From Camelus dromedarius (Eukaryota): DNA of 64,000 bases. The notes below the pieces were generated by a model. The model was given only the letters and a program-made list of their open reading frames with translations. It did no database searches and was not told where the DNA came from. The position numbers were made by a program, and so were the translations under genes. Positions 12,061 to 25,620 of the stretch are shown here, piece by piece. How positions within the stretch are numbered: position 1 is the first letter of the stretch; each line of letters begins with the position of its first letter. The stretch is from NCBI RefSeq assembly GCF_036321535.1, contig NC_087437.1, positions 6,076,001 to 6,140,000 on the forward strand. Reading direction: 5' to 3'.

Positions 12061-13731
12061 CCCTATTTTTAGGAACTCTCACCCACTGTTAGGGATTTAA
12101 CTGAGTAAACTGAAATAATGTGCTTAATTTTAAAATAATTTTGAAACTCAATATTGAAATAAACAAATTCATTACCCCCGCATTTTCCCATTGTGCCTGT
12201 GTGTTTTATAATGTCATCAGTGCGGGGATGAAAAACATACAAGGGTTTTATGAAACTGATTTTTAAAAGTAGATCTTAGCACAGGAAACAGGGTAATTAA
12301 ATTAAAATACAGTTCTGATGAATCAAAGTTAAGAAAGGAGTAAATAATTGTTTAACACCAGTGAAAATCAGAATACATTTCGAAAGCTGTCTGACTCAGA
12401 AACTTTGGGAAAATATCCAAAAGCATTTTTTTTTTTTTAACTAAAAGAGGCCTCTCAATCTTTTGGTTTTTCACGTGCACTATATTAAAATCATACAACT
12501 TTAAAATGAGAGATTAGTCTTGAATATCCTAAACTCTATTGTTCATCAAATCTACTCAAACATCCTTCTCTTCTTCCCAGATGTTTCCTCTTACAATTTC
12601 CATGTTCTTACACAGTTAGCTCTGACTCAGAAGAAAGGAACTTTTCACTTTGTGTGGCAAAGCCCCAACCATCTGATCTTCAAGGCACGAATAAAAACAA
12701 AACAAAACAAAAAAAAAACAAGCAAACAAAAAACCGCAAGTTCTGGATAAAATGTGGTACTCCTGTCACTTATTCATTCAAGTAATTTGGGGGGAATTAA
12801 AAAAGTATAATCTAGAATTGAAAGAACATTATTAGTGTTTCCAGAGGCCCAGCAAGAGCATCTGGCACGCCTGGTACTCAGCGAACAAACACGGAGCCAC
12901 ACAGCAAGTGAGCAGCCAGGACTGTGAGCGACTCCGAGCAGCTTATGTGCTTCTGACAATGTCCCACCCTTATGGTAGTTTCTTATTTCCTATTTCATCA
13001 TCACTTTGTGCAATCTTTCCTAATTATATTTTGGCTTACAAATCTTGTTTTGTGGACTGCGATTATTTTTCAGAGAAGGAAAACCATTTGAGGTATTTTG
13101 AAATTTAAAACATGCTCTGATATTTCCTTCAAGCAGAGGATTATCAGACTCTCAAACGGGACTGGCACCGACTTCCCAGCCATGGCAAGCACCCGAAGGT
13201 GGGTCTGATGAGACGGGAATCCACCTACCACCTGGCACTCTACTGACAAATACATTTGGCCAAAATATAGCTGAGAATAAGTTAAAAGATCTTTAAATGA
13301 AATACTGATTTCTTATTGGCATGTTGCTGATACTACAGAAACAGCTCCAGTCTCCCAATAAATATTCTTGAATACTCCCTACCTGTCAGAAGGTGGAGCT
13401 CTAAACATATCCGAGACACCGGCTTTTTGTATGTATGTTTCCCAAATGTGTGTAATGAGGAGATTAAAGCAGGAGTAAAGTGTTTAGAAAAATGGTTCTG
13501 GAGAATATTCCAATTCTCTCAGGATAAAATCACCCACATCTCCCAACAGGTACACGGATAACTAACAAAATCTATATTTAGTTTGTTCCTTTGAAACTTT
13601 GATATATTGCCTACTATAAAAATGCAGGTATGATAATTCGAAATAAAACATAAAGTAAATATAAAAGGTAAGACACAGTTAAAAAATTCAGGACCACCTA
13701 CTTGACTGTTGGCAAGGTCATTGACACTTAC

Positions 13732-13874
13732 GAGCGTCTCGGATGTAGAGTAACATGGCTATGAAAATATAATCCACTAAACCCAGGCTGAGGCCATCTG
13801 CAAACAAGGCGTCCCAGACCACCAGGAGATCCTGCAGGGGGAACTCTCGTCCAAACAGCAGCCGTACCCACCGT
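13732..13874 (-). CDS. TBC1D5: Internal coding exon of TBC1 domain family member 5 (Rab7 GAP, retromer-associated), C-terminal part of the TBC domain
   Basis: Minus strand reads ttttgtttctccccag|A CGG TGG GTA CGG CTG CTG TTT GGA ... CGA GAC GCT C|gtaagt. It is 143 nt with a canonical acceptor, pyrimidine tract and consensus donor. The translation RWVRLLFGREFPLQDLLVVWDALFADGLSLGLVDYIFIAMLLYIRDA matches TBC1D5 as I recall it (...YGLRWVRLLFGREFPLQDLLVVWDALFADGLSLGLVDYIFVAMLLYIRDALISSNY...). I did not find the neighbouring exons in the window. Confidence 0.97.
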
Positions 13875-15689
13875 CTGGGGAGAAACAAAACCCAAATTCA
13901 GCAAGCAGTACTTCTGAGAGTAATATAAAGAGGAACCACTTTCTCCCGTAACTGTGAAACAATATATAATTTTTGAATGATCACACTGAGCAAATATTAT
14001 ATATCAAAAATATAATACAGTCAAATCCAAGTTTTAAGCTTTCAAATGAGTTTGGTAATTTTATAATTAGGCCACAATCATTAAACTTTATTCCTATATG
14101 TATAAAACACAAGTACAATATTTGAAAAGGGTAGAAATCTTTCACATGTAACAGAAATCAAAAATCTCTAAAAGGCAAAGAGGAAAATGAATATATATTA
14201 GTCTGTTACTGCATATGTAAGGTTATGAGTTAAAAATGACAATTTTCCAAATTGTTTCCAAACAAAATTCTATACTACTACTGATTTTTTTTTGGGGGGG
14301 ACGGGTTAACTGGACCTTTGCAAATGGTCATAAGACAAATTACTACAGACAAACAGAAAAATGCCCTCTCACATTTCACTCTTACGTAAAACTATTCCCA
14401 TAAGATATATATATATATTTTTTTGTCAAGCATAGACAGTTATTTCAAAGGAAACATATAGTGATACTTAATTTTTAACTTTAGAATAGATATACCTTAA
14501 CAGCAAGGTTATCTTTCTAGAGGTATTTTTTACAATATAGTCATTTCTATGGCTAGGAAAATGCATACCTATGCTGCAAAACAGACATCAGAATGAGAAT
14601 ACTAAACAAGGTCTGTATTTAATTATATATCATAAATAGTAACACTTCAGACTCTAGGTAAGTACTAAGCTATTTATGTCTAATTCTTACAAGAAAATTA
14701 AAGTAATTCACTTTGATACTTTTTATTCATTTACTTCTAATTTTATACATGTGGCTATAATTTTCTTACATAAGCCCTTCTCTAGGAACTTTAGCTAGAA
14801 TTCCATGTGATTCTGGCACACAGTGAAGAATAAAAAATTTCAAATTTCTAGTACTACCAAATAGTACAGAAATAGAAGAAATTTTTCAAAAATTTGTTAA
14901 GAGATATTAGTTCTTTGCAAAATTCAAAATCAAATATAACCATCTGTGAGGTTAAAGTGAGGCCAAAAAAATTCAAATACTACTTTTTTCAGGGAGTATT
15001 ACATTTAAGGAGGAATCAAAAAGCTGTGACAAAATAGTGTATAATCACACATAAGTATCACAGTTTATTAAGAACCATATGATCAAGTACTTGAGTTCTT
15101 TTATTCATCTTACCAAATGAATCAACTGAATAATAATTAAATTGTATTTTCAACTAAAATTTAAACTGTTACTCAGGTTTTCAGTAGAAAAATTTAATGC
15201 CAAAGTAACATTTATTCTTTAAAAAGGATAAATTTTTATTGCTGATGACTTTTATCTACTTTTCAATTCTTACTCCACTACTAATAAGAGCTATGACTAA
15301 AAAAACCAAAAAATATATATATTTTGTCTAATATGACTATATTTATATGGCTTCGGATAAAACATTATTTCTCTAAACACTTCTAGTTCTTTCAAATTAC
15401 AAATGCTAACATGTACTGTTTTAAGAAGTACAAAAATATCTCTAAATTAAACAGGTTGCTCTTCTTAATTACACACATGTAACTGGTCTTGAAAAGAGCA
15501 TCAGGGGAGGCAGAGGGAAGGGGCAAAGCAAAAAGCACCCGGATTAAACCATCTGGGGCACTTGTCTAAAGGACCTTGGAACTGATAACTACATTTGTGT
15601 TATTAAGTGACAAAAACATTTAGAAGGTGGTGATTCAGTTATCCGATGGACACAACCGGGAGAAAAATTCATCAATGGAACAAACTGAT

Positions 15690-15920
15690 GAGGATCTAAT
15701 GGTGACCATCGTCAGTAACGCTGTGTAACTGAAATCTGCTTAGAGTAGAACTTCGATTTCACACACACACAAATAACCAGGTGAGGTGATGGACGTGTTC
15801 ATCACACAGGTGGTAGGAATCCTTTCACAACGTGCACAAATGTACATCAAGTCGTCATGACGTATGTTAAATAGCTTACAAATGTTATTTGTCAGCTATA
15901 CCTCAATAAAGCTGAAAAAC
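15690..15920 (+). mobile_element. L1MA/MB-type 3' end
   Basis: gtgaggtgatggacgtgtt...ttatttgtcagctatacctcaataaagctgaaaaa. Confidence 0.8.
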
Positions 15921-16605
15921 GTTAAGTCAACAAACAAAGAATAATTATCTTGGTTTGATGGATAGGCAAATTTTGGCATTTTCAAAATTGAAAATTCTGA
16001 CATTTAACTGATTCTTCATGGTTCAAATTCGGATGCCAGTACAAAGTTCAAGTACCACACCTGTAATACCATGCCCTGAATTTGTGCCTTTCATTCCCAG
16101 AGGTTATCTGAATGCTTTCTTTATCTGAATAAGCCCATTTAGCAATTGCTGCTGCTGTTTCCTGAAAGATACTGCTTTTGCTTAGTCTTATTATGTGTAG
16201 AGAAAAATTTTTCCCTATGTTTTCCCTAGTATCTCCTATTGAAATAAAAATGACTTTTGAAAAAAGGTGACATTTATCATAATACAATAAACATCACATA
16301 GGAAATAAACAAAACCCCACCCCCAAAAAACCTGATGAAGGTTAATACACACCACAGAGGAGAATACAATGAGATCTTTTCCCCTTTCCCCTAAAGTTCA
16401 AATTCCTCTCATTTTCTTATGGCCAATCACAGCTTTGGTTCCATCACAGACAGGACAAGAGCAAAAAAAAGGAACTAAGTAGCCTTTTAAAAGAAATAAC
16501 TTTTATTCTTATTATTTCTATAACAAAATGCCCAGTTCTTGCCCAAACGCCTTCTCTTGCAACTTTCCTACTGTTCGGGTTGTGTTGGCATAGCTGCAGA
16601 AATGA

Positions 16606-16606
<1 letters not shown>

Positions 16607-16636
<30 letters not shown>
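16607..16636 (+). repeat. (CA)15 microsatellite
   Basis: Read directly from the sequence. Confidence 0.98.
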
Positions 16637-16640
<4 letters not shown>

Positions 16641-16868
16641 GCAGTGGCCCCGCGGCGCCGGGGAGCGGGGATGCAGACACCTGGGGATCAACACGGAGTA
16701 ACGCTCATCTTCAAAGCTGCGCACGATGCAAGTCTCCAGTACTTTTACACTTAATGTGCAACCTGCGATGTGCTGCTTTACAAATGTTTTACATTGCTTT
16801 ATTTCTGAAGTTTCACCTTGCCAACTACACTGCTAAACCGTTCCATGGCAAGGACCAAATTCTGTGTA

Positions 16869-16896
16869 TGTGTGTGTGTGTGTGTGTGAGAGAGAG
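16869..16896 (+). repeat. (TG)10(AG)4 compound microsatellite
   Basis: Read directly from the sequence. Confidence 0.97.
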
Positions 16897-19800
16897 ATAT
16901 CTAGAAGGTTCTTTGTAAAGAGCTCTGTACACTTTGCTAAGTGCTTTATGTGTTTACCAAGGTCTTGTTAAACTCACTGTAAAGCCACCTGTCACGCTAC
17001 TGAGAAGCAAAGGTGTAGTTAAATTGGAAATACAGGCATTGGTCTTGTTAGTGGCAGCAAAAAAATAATTCAGGAGGTGGGGAAAAAAAAACCAGAACCA
17101 CAGAAGAAAAAATTTATTTTTAGATGCCTAGCAGGTTTCTTTTACTTAAGACTGTTAGTAAGTTGTACATGGAAAAATATTAAATTAAAGTAAAATACAG
17201 TTTCTTCTATTTTATGTACAATTACAGGGAAATTAAGGCCAAATTCTCAAAATATTTAAGAAGTACCTTATGACGAATGGAATGCTTTGGGACCAACAAT
17301 GACCTTACCAATAATTTAATCATTTTAATCCCAATTAGATTAAGTTCAAACACATATTCACCACACACAAAATGTCCTGTGCTGTTTTGAGCTTTCTTCA
17401 TTGAGCTTAAAAGTCAAGGAAAAAAAAATCAGTTCTTTATGGAATGAGCTACCAACAGAAATTATTTCAGTATACTTTTGTATTCTTAGAAAGGAAAACT
17501 TACTCTAAGGAATGAAGTCTTACGAAGAAATCACTCCTAGAATTAAAATGCTTTTATTGCAGTTAAAAATATTTAGCGAGAGTTTGTTACACTTAAGGGT
17601 AGCATTAAACCCTTCTTTTAGCTTCAGTTTAATTGCCTGATACTATTAATCTTGAATTATGTACGTTACACCTACAGATTGCAATGCTCGTAACCATATA
17701 CATTTTATCACTTGTGATAATACAATAATTCATATTTTACCGGACCTACTTAGTTATTAAAATCTACACAAACCAAAAGGGCCATCTGAAGTATTAAATT
17801 TAATAATAAACCACTCAAAGACAGGACAGTCTCTATGTTTGTACTTAAACGAGTATTCCCTGTTTTAAATTTCTGTATAATTAAGCTGCTTATCCCCCGA
17901 GGATCAGTAACTTCTGATGGTGTTATTGCTTGGTGAATGACCCATGGAAACACCAAGAGAAATCTATTTTTTACCGATCAGTTTATGAAACTGATCAGTT
18001 GGACTGAGGCTTAAACAAACACAGCCTTAATCCAACAAGGCTGTAGTGGGTTAGACATGCACAAAGTGTGTTAATATACTAGAAATTCATTTCCTTTTTC
18101 TTCTGAGATACAGGTATAGCCACTTTAGAAGAACAAGTGAAATAGAAAGGGTATATTCAATCTAATTTAACAAACATTATCAGGGAATCTTAAATAACCC
18201 ATGATCACGAAATGACAGCACTGGGTACGCATACCGGAACACAAAAGAGCAATGTTAGATTTTTGCTCAATGGCATTAATTTTGACTTTTGCTTTCTGCT
18301 CACTTGTACTCTTCAAAGCTAACAGTTAATTTTTAAATAATCCATGCCTGGTAGAGAATAAACACAGAATCCAAATTCTGTGTTTGGATCAGAGAAAAAT
18401 AAAAGCAAACCCAAGGGTTCATCTTTGTGGCTCCCACTTCCTTGACTGAGTTTAGGCTCTTCTTATATTGGGTTCCTTTGTACTCAGTTCCTTTTGAGTT
18501 AATTTACTCTGAGTTTTCCTTAATATCAACTCTGTGAAAACAGTCTTAAAACTAGAACCAAATACTGCAGTTATTATAATTAGGGTCACAAGGCATTCTG
18601 ATCTTTAATTCTAACTTCTTTGGAGAGCAAAGCCACAAAAGAGGGAAGCCAGAATAAATCACTTTTTCCCCTAATTTTACATTATGATTCTTCTAACAGC
18701 TTTGTAGAATATGTTACTGGAAGATGCTTCACCTGTTTGCTATTTTTTTTTTTTAAATCTAGTCAATCATTTCAATTTGATGTTAAAAATATTTGGGATC
18801 TGCATGGGTTACAGAAAGATGTAAATACTTCAAGCCCATCAAACTCGGCTTCAAAACAAAAGGAACTGCAAATTCAAATTAGTTATCCTCTCTAAAGAAC
18901 TGAAATTTGCTTTTGAGGGAGTCCTTGTGATTCATGAGTTGAATCAGCTTGAATTTGGCTCTCTGGGAATACATGTTAAACCTAATTTAACCCCCATATG
19001 TGCATCAATTGTTAAAAGGGTATTTTTGACTTTGGGGAAAATTCTCTGTTCCTTTCAGAGGGCAGTACATAGCCCTCTATTAAGGAAGGTTTCTTCTTCC
19101 AAAAATAAGTTCCTAATAATTATCACCCATTCCTACTGTAATTTATTCTCTTTGGCAAGTGTTTGAAGCTGTTTTGTCAGAGCAACTATAATATGCCCTT
19201 TGCAAAAATAGTCTCAATGGAAAGCAAAGCCTTGTGTATCTGGGCTTTTCCAGAGGTAAAAGATGCTCGTGAGAGTGTGGGGCACAGAGGGTGACCATCA
19301 TGTTTTGAGGCTGTGTAATCCTTGAACATTTTCACATATACACACTCACACTCTTTCAGAGGTAGACCTCCTATTTTGATTATAAGTATAGTATTTCAAG
19401 GACAGAGTAACTTTAGGATGTGTGATTTACCAGCAAATTCAAATAAAGCTCTTGAAAGATGGTAAGATTCCAATGGAGATTTGGTTACATGAACAGGACG
19501 TGCTCTCACTGAGAACCCTGCTGTAGACGCTAACCAGGGTGCAGCTGGAATCTTAGCCCTGACTCAGGAGGACGACGGGGGTGAAAGCTGCTGAGAAGTA
19601 ACCTCTCTACTCTTATGGCTTACCTGGGCAGCTAAAGGGTCAGTTCCTGACAGTTTGGTTTGGTTTCTCTCCTTCTCCAGCAGATCACAGGCTCCCTGGG
19701 GTCATGGTGTTTGACGTAGAGTAGGCGGCTAACACGTATTTCTTAAATTATTATGATTCCTCCTCCCTGGGTCAGCCCTTCTTAGTCAGGGGTCTTCCTG

Positions 19801-20044
19801 ATCTTGAGGCTGCATCCTTGCTCTCTCACAGGCTTCCCAGCTGCTCATCAGACATCTCCCTGGTTCCTCTCATCTCTAGAGGGCTTCTCAGACACGCACT
19901 CTAAGTAGTAACTGATCACATCTATGGAGGAATGGGTCAAGGCCGCCCAAGTCCCCTTGGACCTTCTCCCTTCACTTCCTGAACTCTGGCTTGCTGCTCG
20001 CCTAGACCTCAGATGCTCTGCAGCTGGGGCCTGGAGTCCATGGG

Positions 20045-20196
20045 ACTTGCCCTCAAAGGGTGATCCCAGGACCAGCACCATCACTGGGGAGCTCATTAGA
20101 AACGTAGGCCCCCAGTGTAGTCCTGCTGGATCAGAATCTTCATTTTAACAAGACCTCCAGGGGATCTCTGTGTAGATTAAAGTTTGGGGAGCCATG
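20045..20196. mobile_element. MER5B-like hAT-Charlie element
   Basis: ggaccagcaccatcactggggagctcattagaaacg...atcagaatcttcattttaacaag...ttaaagtttg. Confidence 0.75.
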
Positions 20197-20334
20197 AACT
20201 AGGTGACTGATCCCTGTTTCTTCCTCATTTTGGTGCCAGCTGTCAGGGCTCCTAAAACCCACCAGGCATTCATGTAAAATGTTATTCTAGGAGAAGAGAA
20301 AAGGCTTAAACTACTGGATGACTCTTTTAATTAG

Positions 20335-20527
20335 AGTAATGGTCTCAAACTTTAGCATCATCAGATTTGCCTGGAGGGCTTATTACAACACAGATTGCCA
20401 GAACCCATCCTTGAAGTTTCAGACTCTGACGCTGAGACCGGGATGGGGCCTGATCATTTGCATTCTGAACCGGCTCCCTGGAGTTGCTGATGCTGCTGAT
20501 CTTCAGATCACAGTGTGAGCATCACTA
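20335..20527. mobile_element. MER5A hAT-Charlie element
   Basis: tctcaaactttagcatcatcaga...cctggagggctt...acacagattgc...atttgcattct...gctgatgctgctg. Confidence 0.85.
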
Positions 20528-21454
20528 AACGAGGCGCTGGTTTCTGCTCACATCTCCTCTCAGTCCTGGGTGTGGGTTTTCTAATCAGCTTACTCCATAC
20601 GTGCAGTCACTGGACCAACGGCCGGGACGCAAACACACAGCCAAACCCCTCTTAGCATTCTGTCTCTACTAACGTCTACACTTCCCCTCCACCCAGGATA
20701 CATTACTATAAAAACATGATCCAATAAAAAGGAGAGGCACAGACATGAGGGAGAAGGCTTCCCAAAGGCTGGGAGAAGCTGGGCCACTCTGATTTTTTTT
20801 TAAACTCCCAGTATATTACAAGATGAAGAAATGCCAATACAAGGCCATAAAAGTTGTGACATTTTAAATGTTAACATTTATAGTCAATGTTTTTTAAACA
20901 GAAATCTACTATGATAGTTATATACAATCTCAGTCGAAAGTAGAGTGAACACTGAGGTCCTTTGTGTTTAGTACTGAGCTACTGGCTATCCTGGGCCTCT
21001 TGTGATCAGCTCTAAGGAGGTAGGAGAGTTGGGAGGGGGTAAGGCGTGGCCAGTTAGCTACGTGCAAAGAGAGAGCGCCCATAAGGGAAGAGGCCAGTGT
21101 ACACTGGGCGGAGAACCCCACTGCCACCAGGACCCCAAAGGGCATTCTCCTACTCCCCATGCAGAAGCCCTGTGCTGCTGGGAGCCAGCTGAATGTCATC
21201 TATTTGGCATTTTCTATTCTGTTACCCGTGAACAGTTCTCACCCTAAGGTTCTGAGCTATCAATTTGCTCAGAAGGGTCTAACTGTCTTTAAAATAAAAC
21301 ATGCATTTAAAATGTTATACCTCGAAAAATAAAGTGCTAAACTCTAAGAGATGTCTGCTCACATGGCACTCCTATACCAGCTCCGTGATGTCCGGGTGTA
21401 AGAGAGATTTCAGGATGAAGGGGTCTCCCTGGATCCTCTCAGATCTCAATGCAC

Positions 21455-21875
21455 AGCTGAAATGAAGGATGACTACCCAAGGAAGAATAACCAGAGGCTA
21501 CCGACACAAAGCTTGCTCTGACAAGAGCACCTGCTACCATCACTTGTGTTTGGCAAAGGCTCAAAGGCAGTCAGAGGAGAAGGAAGGCTTTATAGCGTGG
21601 ACAAGGGAAGGCTGTAGGCATGCCTGACTGGAGGTTGTCAGTATGGTTGTGACTGGGCTATCTAGAAGACGAGCATCATTGGTGATTGATTTGGGGAGTG
21701 TATTTAGCTTTCCCTGGTGGGTCCTGAGTTAGAAGCAGGCAAAAATAGGGAAGCTGGCAGTCGCTGTCCAAGTCCTGACCATTCTGGGCTGATTTTGCTG
21801 CGGAGTTTGGCTTCTTATGCAGGTCAGAGTCCCGTGATCCTGTACTGCCTGGCCATTGTCCACTTACACACCAGT
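21455..21875 (-). mobile_element. MER90-like ERV1 LTR
   Basis: gtcctgagttagaagcaggcaaaaatagggaagctggcagtc...caagtcctgaccattctgggc...cctggccattgtcc. Confidence 0.7.
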
Positions 21876-24800
21876 CCTTCTGTATGGACTCGAGGCTTCT
21901 CAGCCCAGGCCTGCGTCCAGTCTAGAACTAGCCGGAGTTCCAGCTCCACAAAGTTACTTCCTCTGATACTTCTGAGTCCGAATGCAGATGAGTTTGAGAG
22001 GTAGTGGCAATGGGTGTGTTGTGTTCCTCTTTACAAAACTTTATAAAGTATAAAATAGTGACACTTAAATTCCATTCTCTATATAATTAGAGAGGGTTGT
22101 GGCCCCCTTTGAGAATTTCATCAAGTTTAGGAACCCTCTCCCCTAAAATATACACACAACCATCCGCACACGTACTCATGTGCAAACCATTTCAAGTCCA
22201 TTTCCCCAGCGGATCCATGGACTTTCAAATGAGAATTTGTGCTCCGTATTCTTGCTTATTTTGCTCTAGCTGTCTGTAGCCATGCAAAGTTATAGTCTAC
22301 TCAAAGGACCACACAGCCTCCTTGTGCCGATTTCAAATTATTTCTTTGCATTTTTAAAAGAACAGTGTATCTTCCTCTTGAAGGGTCCCTGGATTATATT
22401 TCTACTATGGGGGAACTAATCTGGGCGGCAGAGGCTAAAGTATTGCCTCTGCTTATTCTTACCTGGGTGGTCCCCCTTTATGTCAGCTATGCATTGCGAT
22501 CTGAGAGGGTCCGGGGAGACACCCTCATCCTGAAATCTGTCTTCCACCCGGACGCCACAGATCTGGTATAGGAGCACCATGGGGCGGACACCTCTTAGTG
22601 GAGCTCTTTATTTTTCGAGGTATCACATTTTAAATGCACGTTTTATTATGGTTCAAAGGCTGGCTGAACAGCCTACGAGCCAGTACCATATTGGAAAAAC
22701 GTCCGTGACTTGGCCACACTCATATTCACGAGCAGGGGTCAGGACGGGAGAGCGCGGGGCATCCCTCGCTGACCTCCTCTCTGGCTTGTGCCTGCCCTGA
22801 TCTGAACACAAATAAGGCCGCCGTGACAAACAGTGGGGATCTTTATTTAACAAGTATTTCCTGAATTTCAACCATGTAGCAGGTTCTGTGCCAGGCCCTC
22901 GACCAGATGACATGCTGACAAACTTTCAATCACCAACATGGAAACTATCCAAGTAAAACTTGAATTCAGTATTAAGTCCTATCAGTCTGGGTTCCCACAG
23001 TCTCTTTGTATTTTTCTGTGCACCCCCCACCCTCAACCAACCAGGGATGTTCAGGGAATGCAAACTAATGGCAACATTAGCAAAATCTAATTAGGAAGGT
23101 AAAAACAATTTAAAACATCACTAAATACATTTCAAAGCCAAGTATTAATTGTTTTTGGATTATCCACCATTTGGGATTATATGTGCCCTAGTTCCTATCC
23201 ATTAATGCAGATAAATGAAGAGCTGAATGTATCTGCACGAGGCGCAGATGTCTATGGTGGGCAGCGGGGAGACAGGGAGGAGAGAAGAAAGCCCTGAGGG
23301 AGGCAGTGAGGGCGAAGGACAGTCAACGCCAGCACACTCCAGCTCGACTGTCACCAATTACCTATCTCTAGTAGGGGGGGGGAGCAAAAGGGAAACAAAA
23401 GGTAAAAGAGGGGTGGGCCGCTCCACTGTATCCTAGCTCCCTAGCTAACAGCTACAGTTCAGTGTCCAAACAACTTTACAATCAACTCTGGGTGTGTGCG
23501 CACACACACGTGCAGAGTTTTAAAAAATAGGGACAAATGCACACTAAGCAAAGAAAATGTATTTTCCTACGCATAGATTTCACAATTTGCAATGAATGCA
23601 AGTATCAATGCATTTCTATGACACTTCTGGTTTCTAGAAGTACTACGAAATATATGATCTAAAAATAAGTAGACTCTAAAAGCAGTATTTCTTCAAGCGC
23701 TCAGTGGAACACGTGCACTAGACTCACCTGTGGAAGAGCGGCACGTTGCAGAGATGGGCGGTGACTCTGCTCACCCTCCAGGACATGACAGTGGCGCCAA
23801 ACAGGCTAAGGCAGGCACCTCATGTTCCAAATGCCTCCACAAAGCCCTGTGCTGCAGCCGGAGCAAACACAACCTGCAGCAGCCACAGATTTCTACAATG
23901 ATAACTTCCCCCCTAGCTCAGGGTTCCTGCCACTTTTTTATATACTCCTTTTGAGTTCTCTATAATTCCTAAAGGATATCTAATTCAATTTATATTTAAA
24001 AAAAAAAAACAAAACCTCTTCACATCAGTGACTGAGTCACAAGACTCAGAATGCATCGTATCTACCCTCGCCATTGTCTGTGTGGTAACTGAGCTTTTCT
24101 GAGTGGAAGAAATGGAGCTTTCCGAAGGACTTATTTTGATAAATCACAATCTGCTGTTTCATGAGTACTCCAGTTACAATGCAGTGGTAATTACAGCTAC
24201 AGGACCCTACAAGATTTAGAGTGCTTTCTTTAAGGAAACTCATTAAGGAAACTATAAAGAACTAAGAACTTACAAAGAAAAATTAATTGCCACTTTTGGT
24301 CAGCCGATTTTAGAAAGACTTATGAGGTCTAGAATTGTACATCAGGCTAGCGGAGGGAACAGAAATGCAGTGAAGTCTAGCTTACCGAGGGCATCACGGT
24401 ACATAATATGTTCATAAATTAATCTGCTCGTAAACCAACTCAAATATGAAGCACAAAAACATCACATAAAATACTCTAAATTTATTTTCATCAACAACAC
24501 TCGTTTCCTTTCCACATCAGCTAGCAGTTACTGTGGCTGAGAGCTGGTGCTGAGACGCTACAGATACATGATCTCCAAGTCGGAAACGCAGCTCTCTGAC
24601 TGCAGCCTCCTAGCTCACTGTCATCCTCACTTCCAAAATCCTTCTTTTTCCTGTGGATTACAGTGCAAACTTTGTGGGGTTCTTATTTTGTTAATTTAGA
24701 GGAATTTTCTGCAAGGTGAAAATACATTTAAAGTCTAACAGGACAGACAACTGGAAGTAATTTCTCTTACAACCTCTGATCCTCTCCCTCCCAATCCACC

Positions 24801-24943
24801 TTCCTAAGGGCAGCCAATGCGCTTCCATAACATAGGGGCATTTTTATGCAGGTATGTACCTTTTGAAAACAGACATGTGAACATCCTGTATCATGCATTT
24901 TAAATTTTAATTAATATGATTCTTAAAATGGAAGATCATTCCA

Positions 24944-25620
24944 TATTTTTGACATCCCTTATGAAAAACAGTATGGAGATTCCTTAAAAACTGAATAGAC
25001 ATAACTTATGATCTGGCAATCCCACTCCTGGACATATATCCAGAGAAAACTCTAACACAAAAAGATTCATACACCCAGTGTTCACAGCAGCACCATTTAC
25101 AATAGTGAAGACATGGAAGCAACCTAAATATCCATTGACAGATGACTGAATAAAGAAGTTGCGGTATATATACACAATGGAATACAACTCAGCCATAAAA
25201 AAGAATGAAATCATGCCATCTGCAGCAACATGGATGGACCCAGAGTTTGTCATGCTAAGTGAAGTAAGTCAGAAAGAGAGGAGTACCATGTGGTATCACT
25301 TACATGTGGAATCTAAACAAATGACACAAATGAACTTATTTACAAATCAAAAACAGACTCACAGACATAGAAAACAAACTTACAGTTACCAGGAGGATAA
25401 ATTGGGAGTTTGAGATTTGCAGACACTAACCAGTATGTATAAAACAGATAAACAACAAGGTCCTACTGTATAGCACAGGGAACTATACTCAATACTTTGG
25501 AATAGCCAGTAATAAAAAAGAATATGAAAAGGAATATATATATGTATCACTGAATCACTATGCTATACATCAAACTAACACAACACTGCAAACTGATTAT
25601 GTTTCAATTAAAAAATTAAA
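24944..25620 (+). mobile_element. Young L1 3' end (ORF2 tail plus 3'UTR), first part of a compound insertion
   Basis: ORF 25159-25413 YIYTMEYNSAIKKNEIMPSAATWMDPE, cetartiodactyl-type 3'UTR, ends ttcaattaaaaaattaaa. Confidence 0.93.

Noticed and set aside
13777..13962. ORF-track 61-aa minus-strand ORF overlapping the exon
   Set aside because: It is in the wrong frame. The real TBC1D5 frame is different and is defined by the splice sites at 13874 and 13732.
23723..23895. Minus-strand consensus donor CAG|GTGAGT near 23728
   Set aside because: Upstream acceptors have poor pyrimidine tracts, and such sites are expected by chance in a 50-kb intron.
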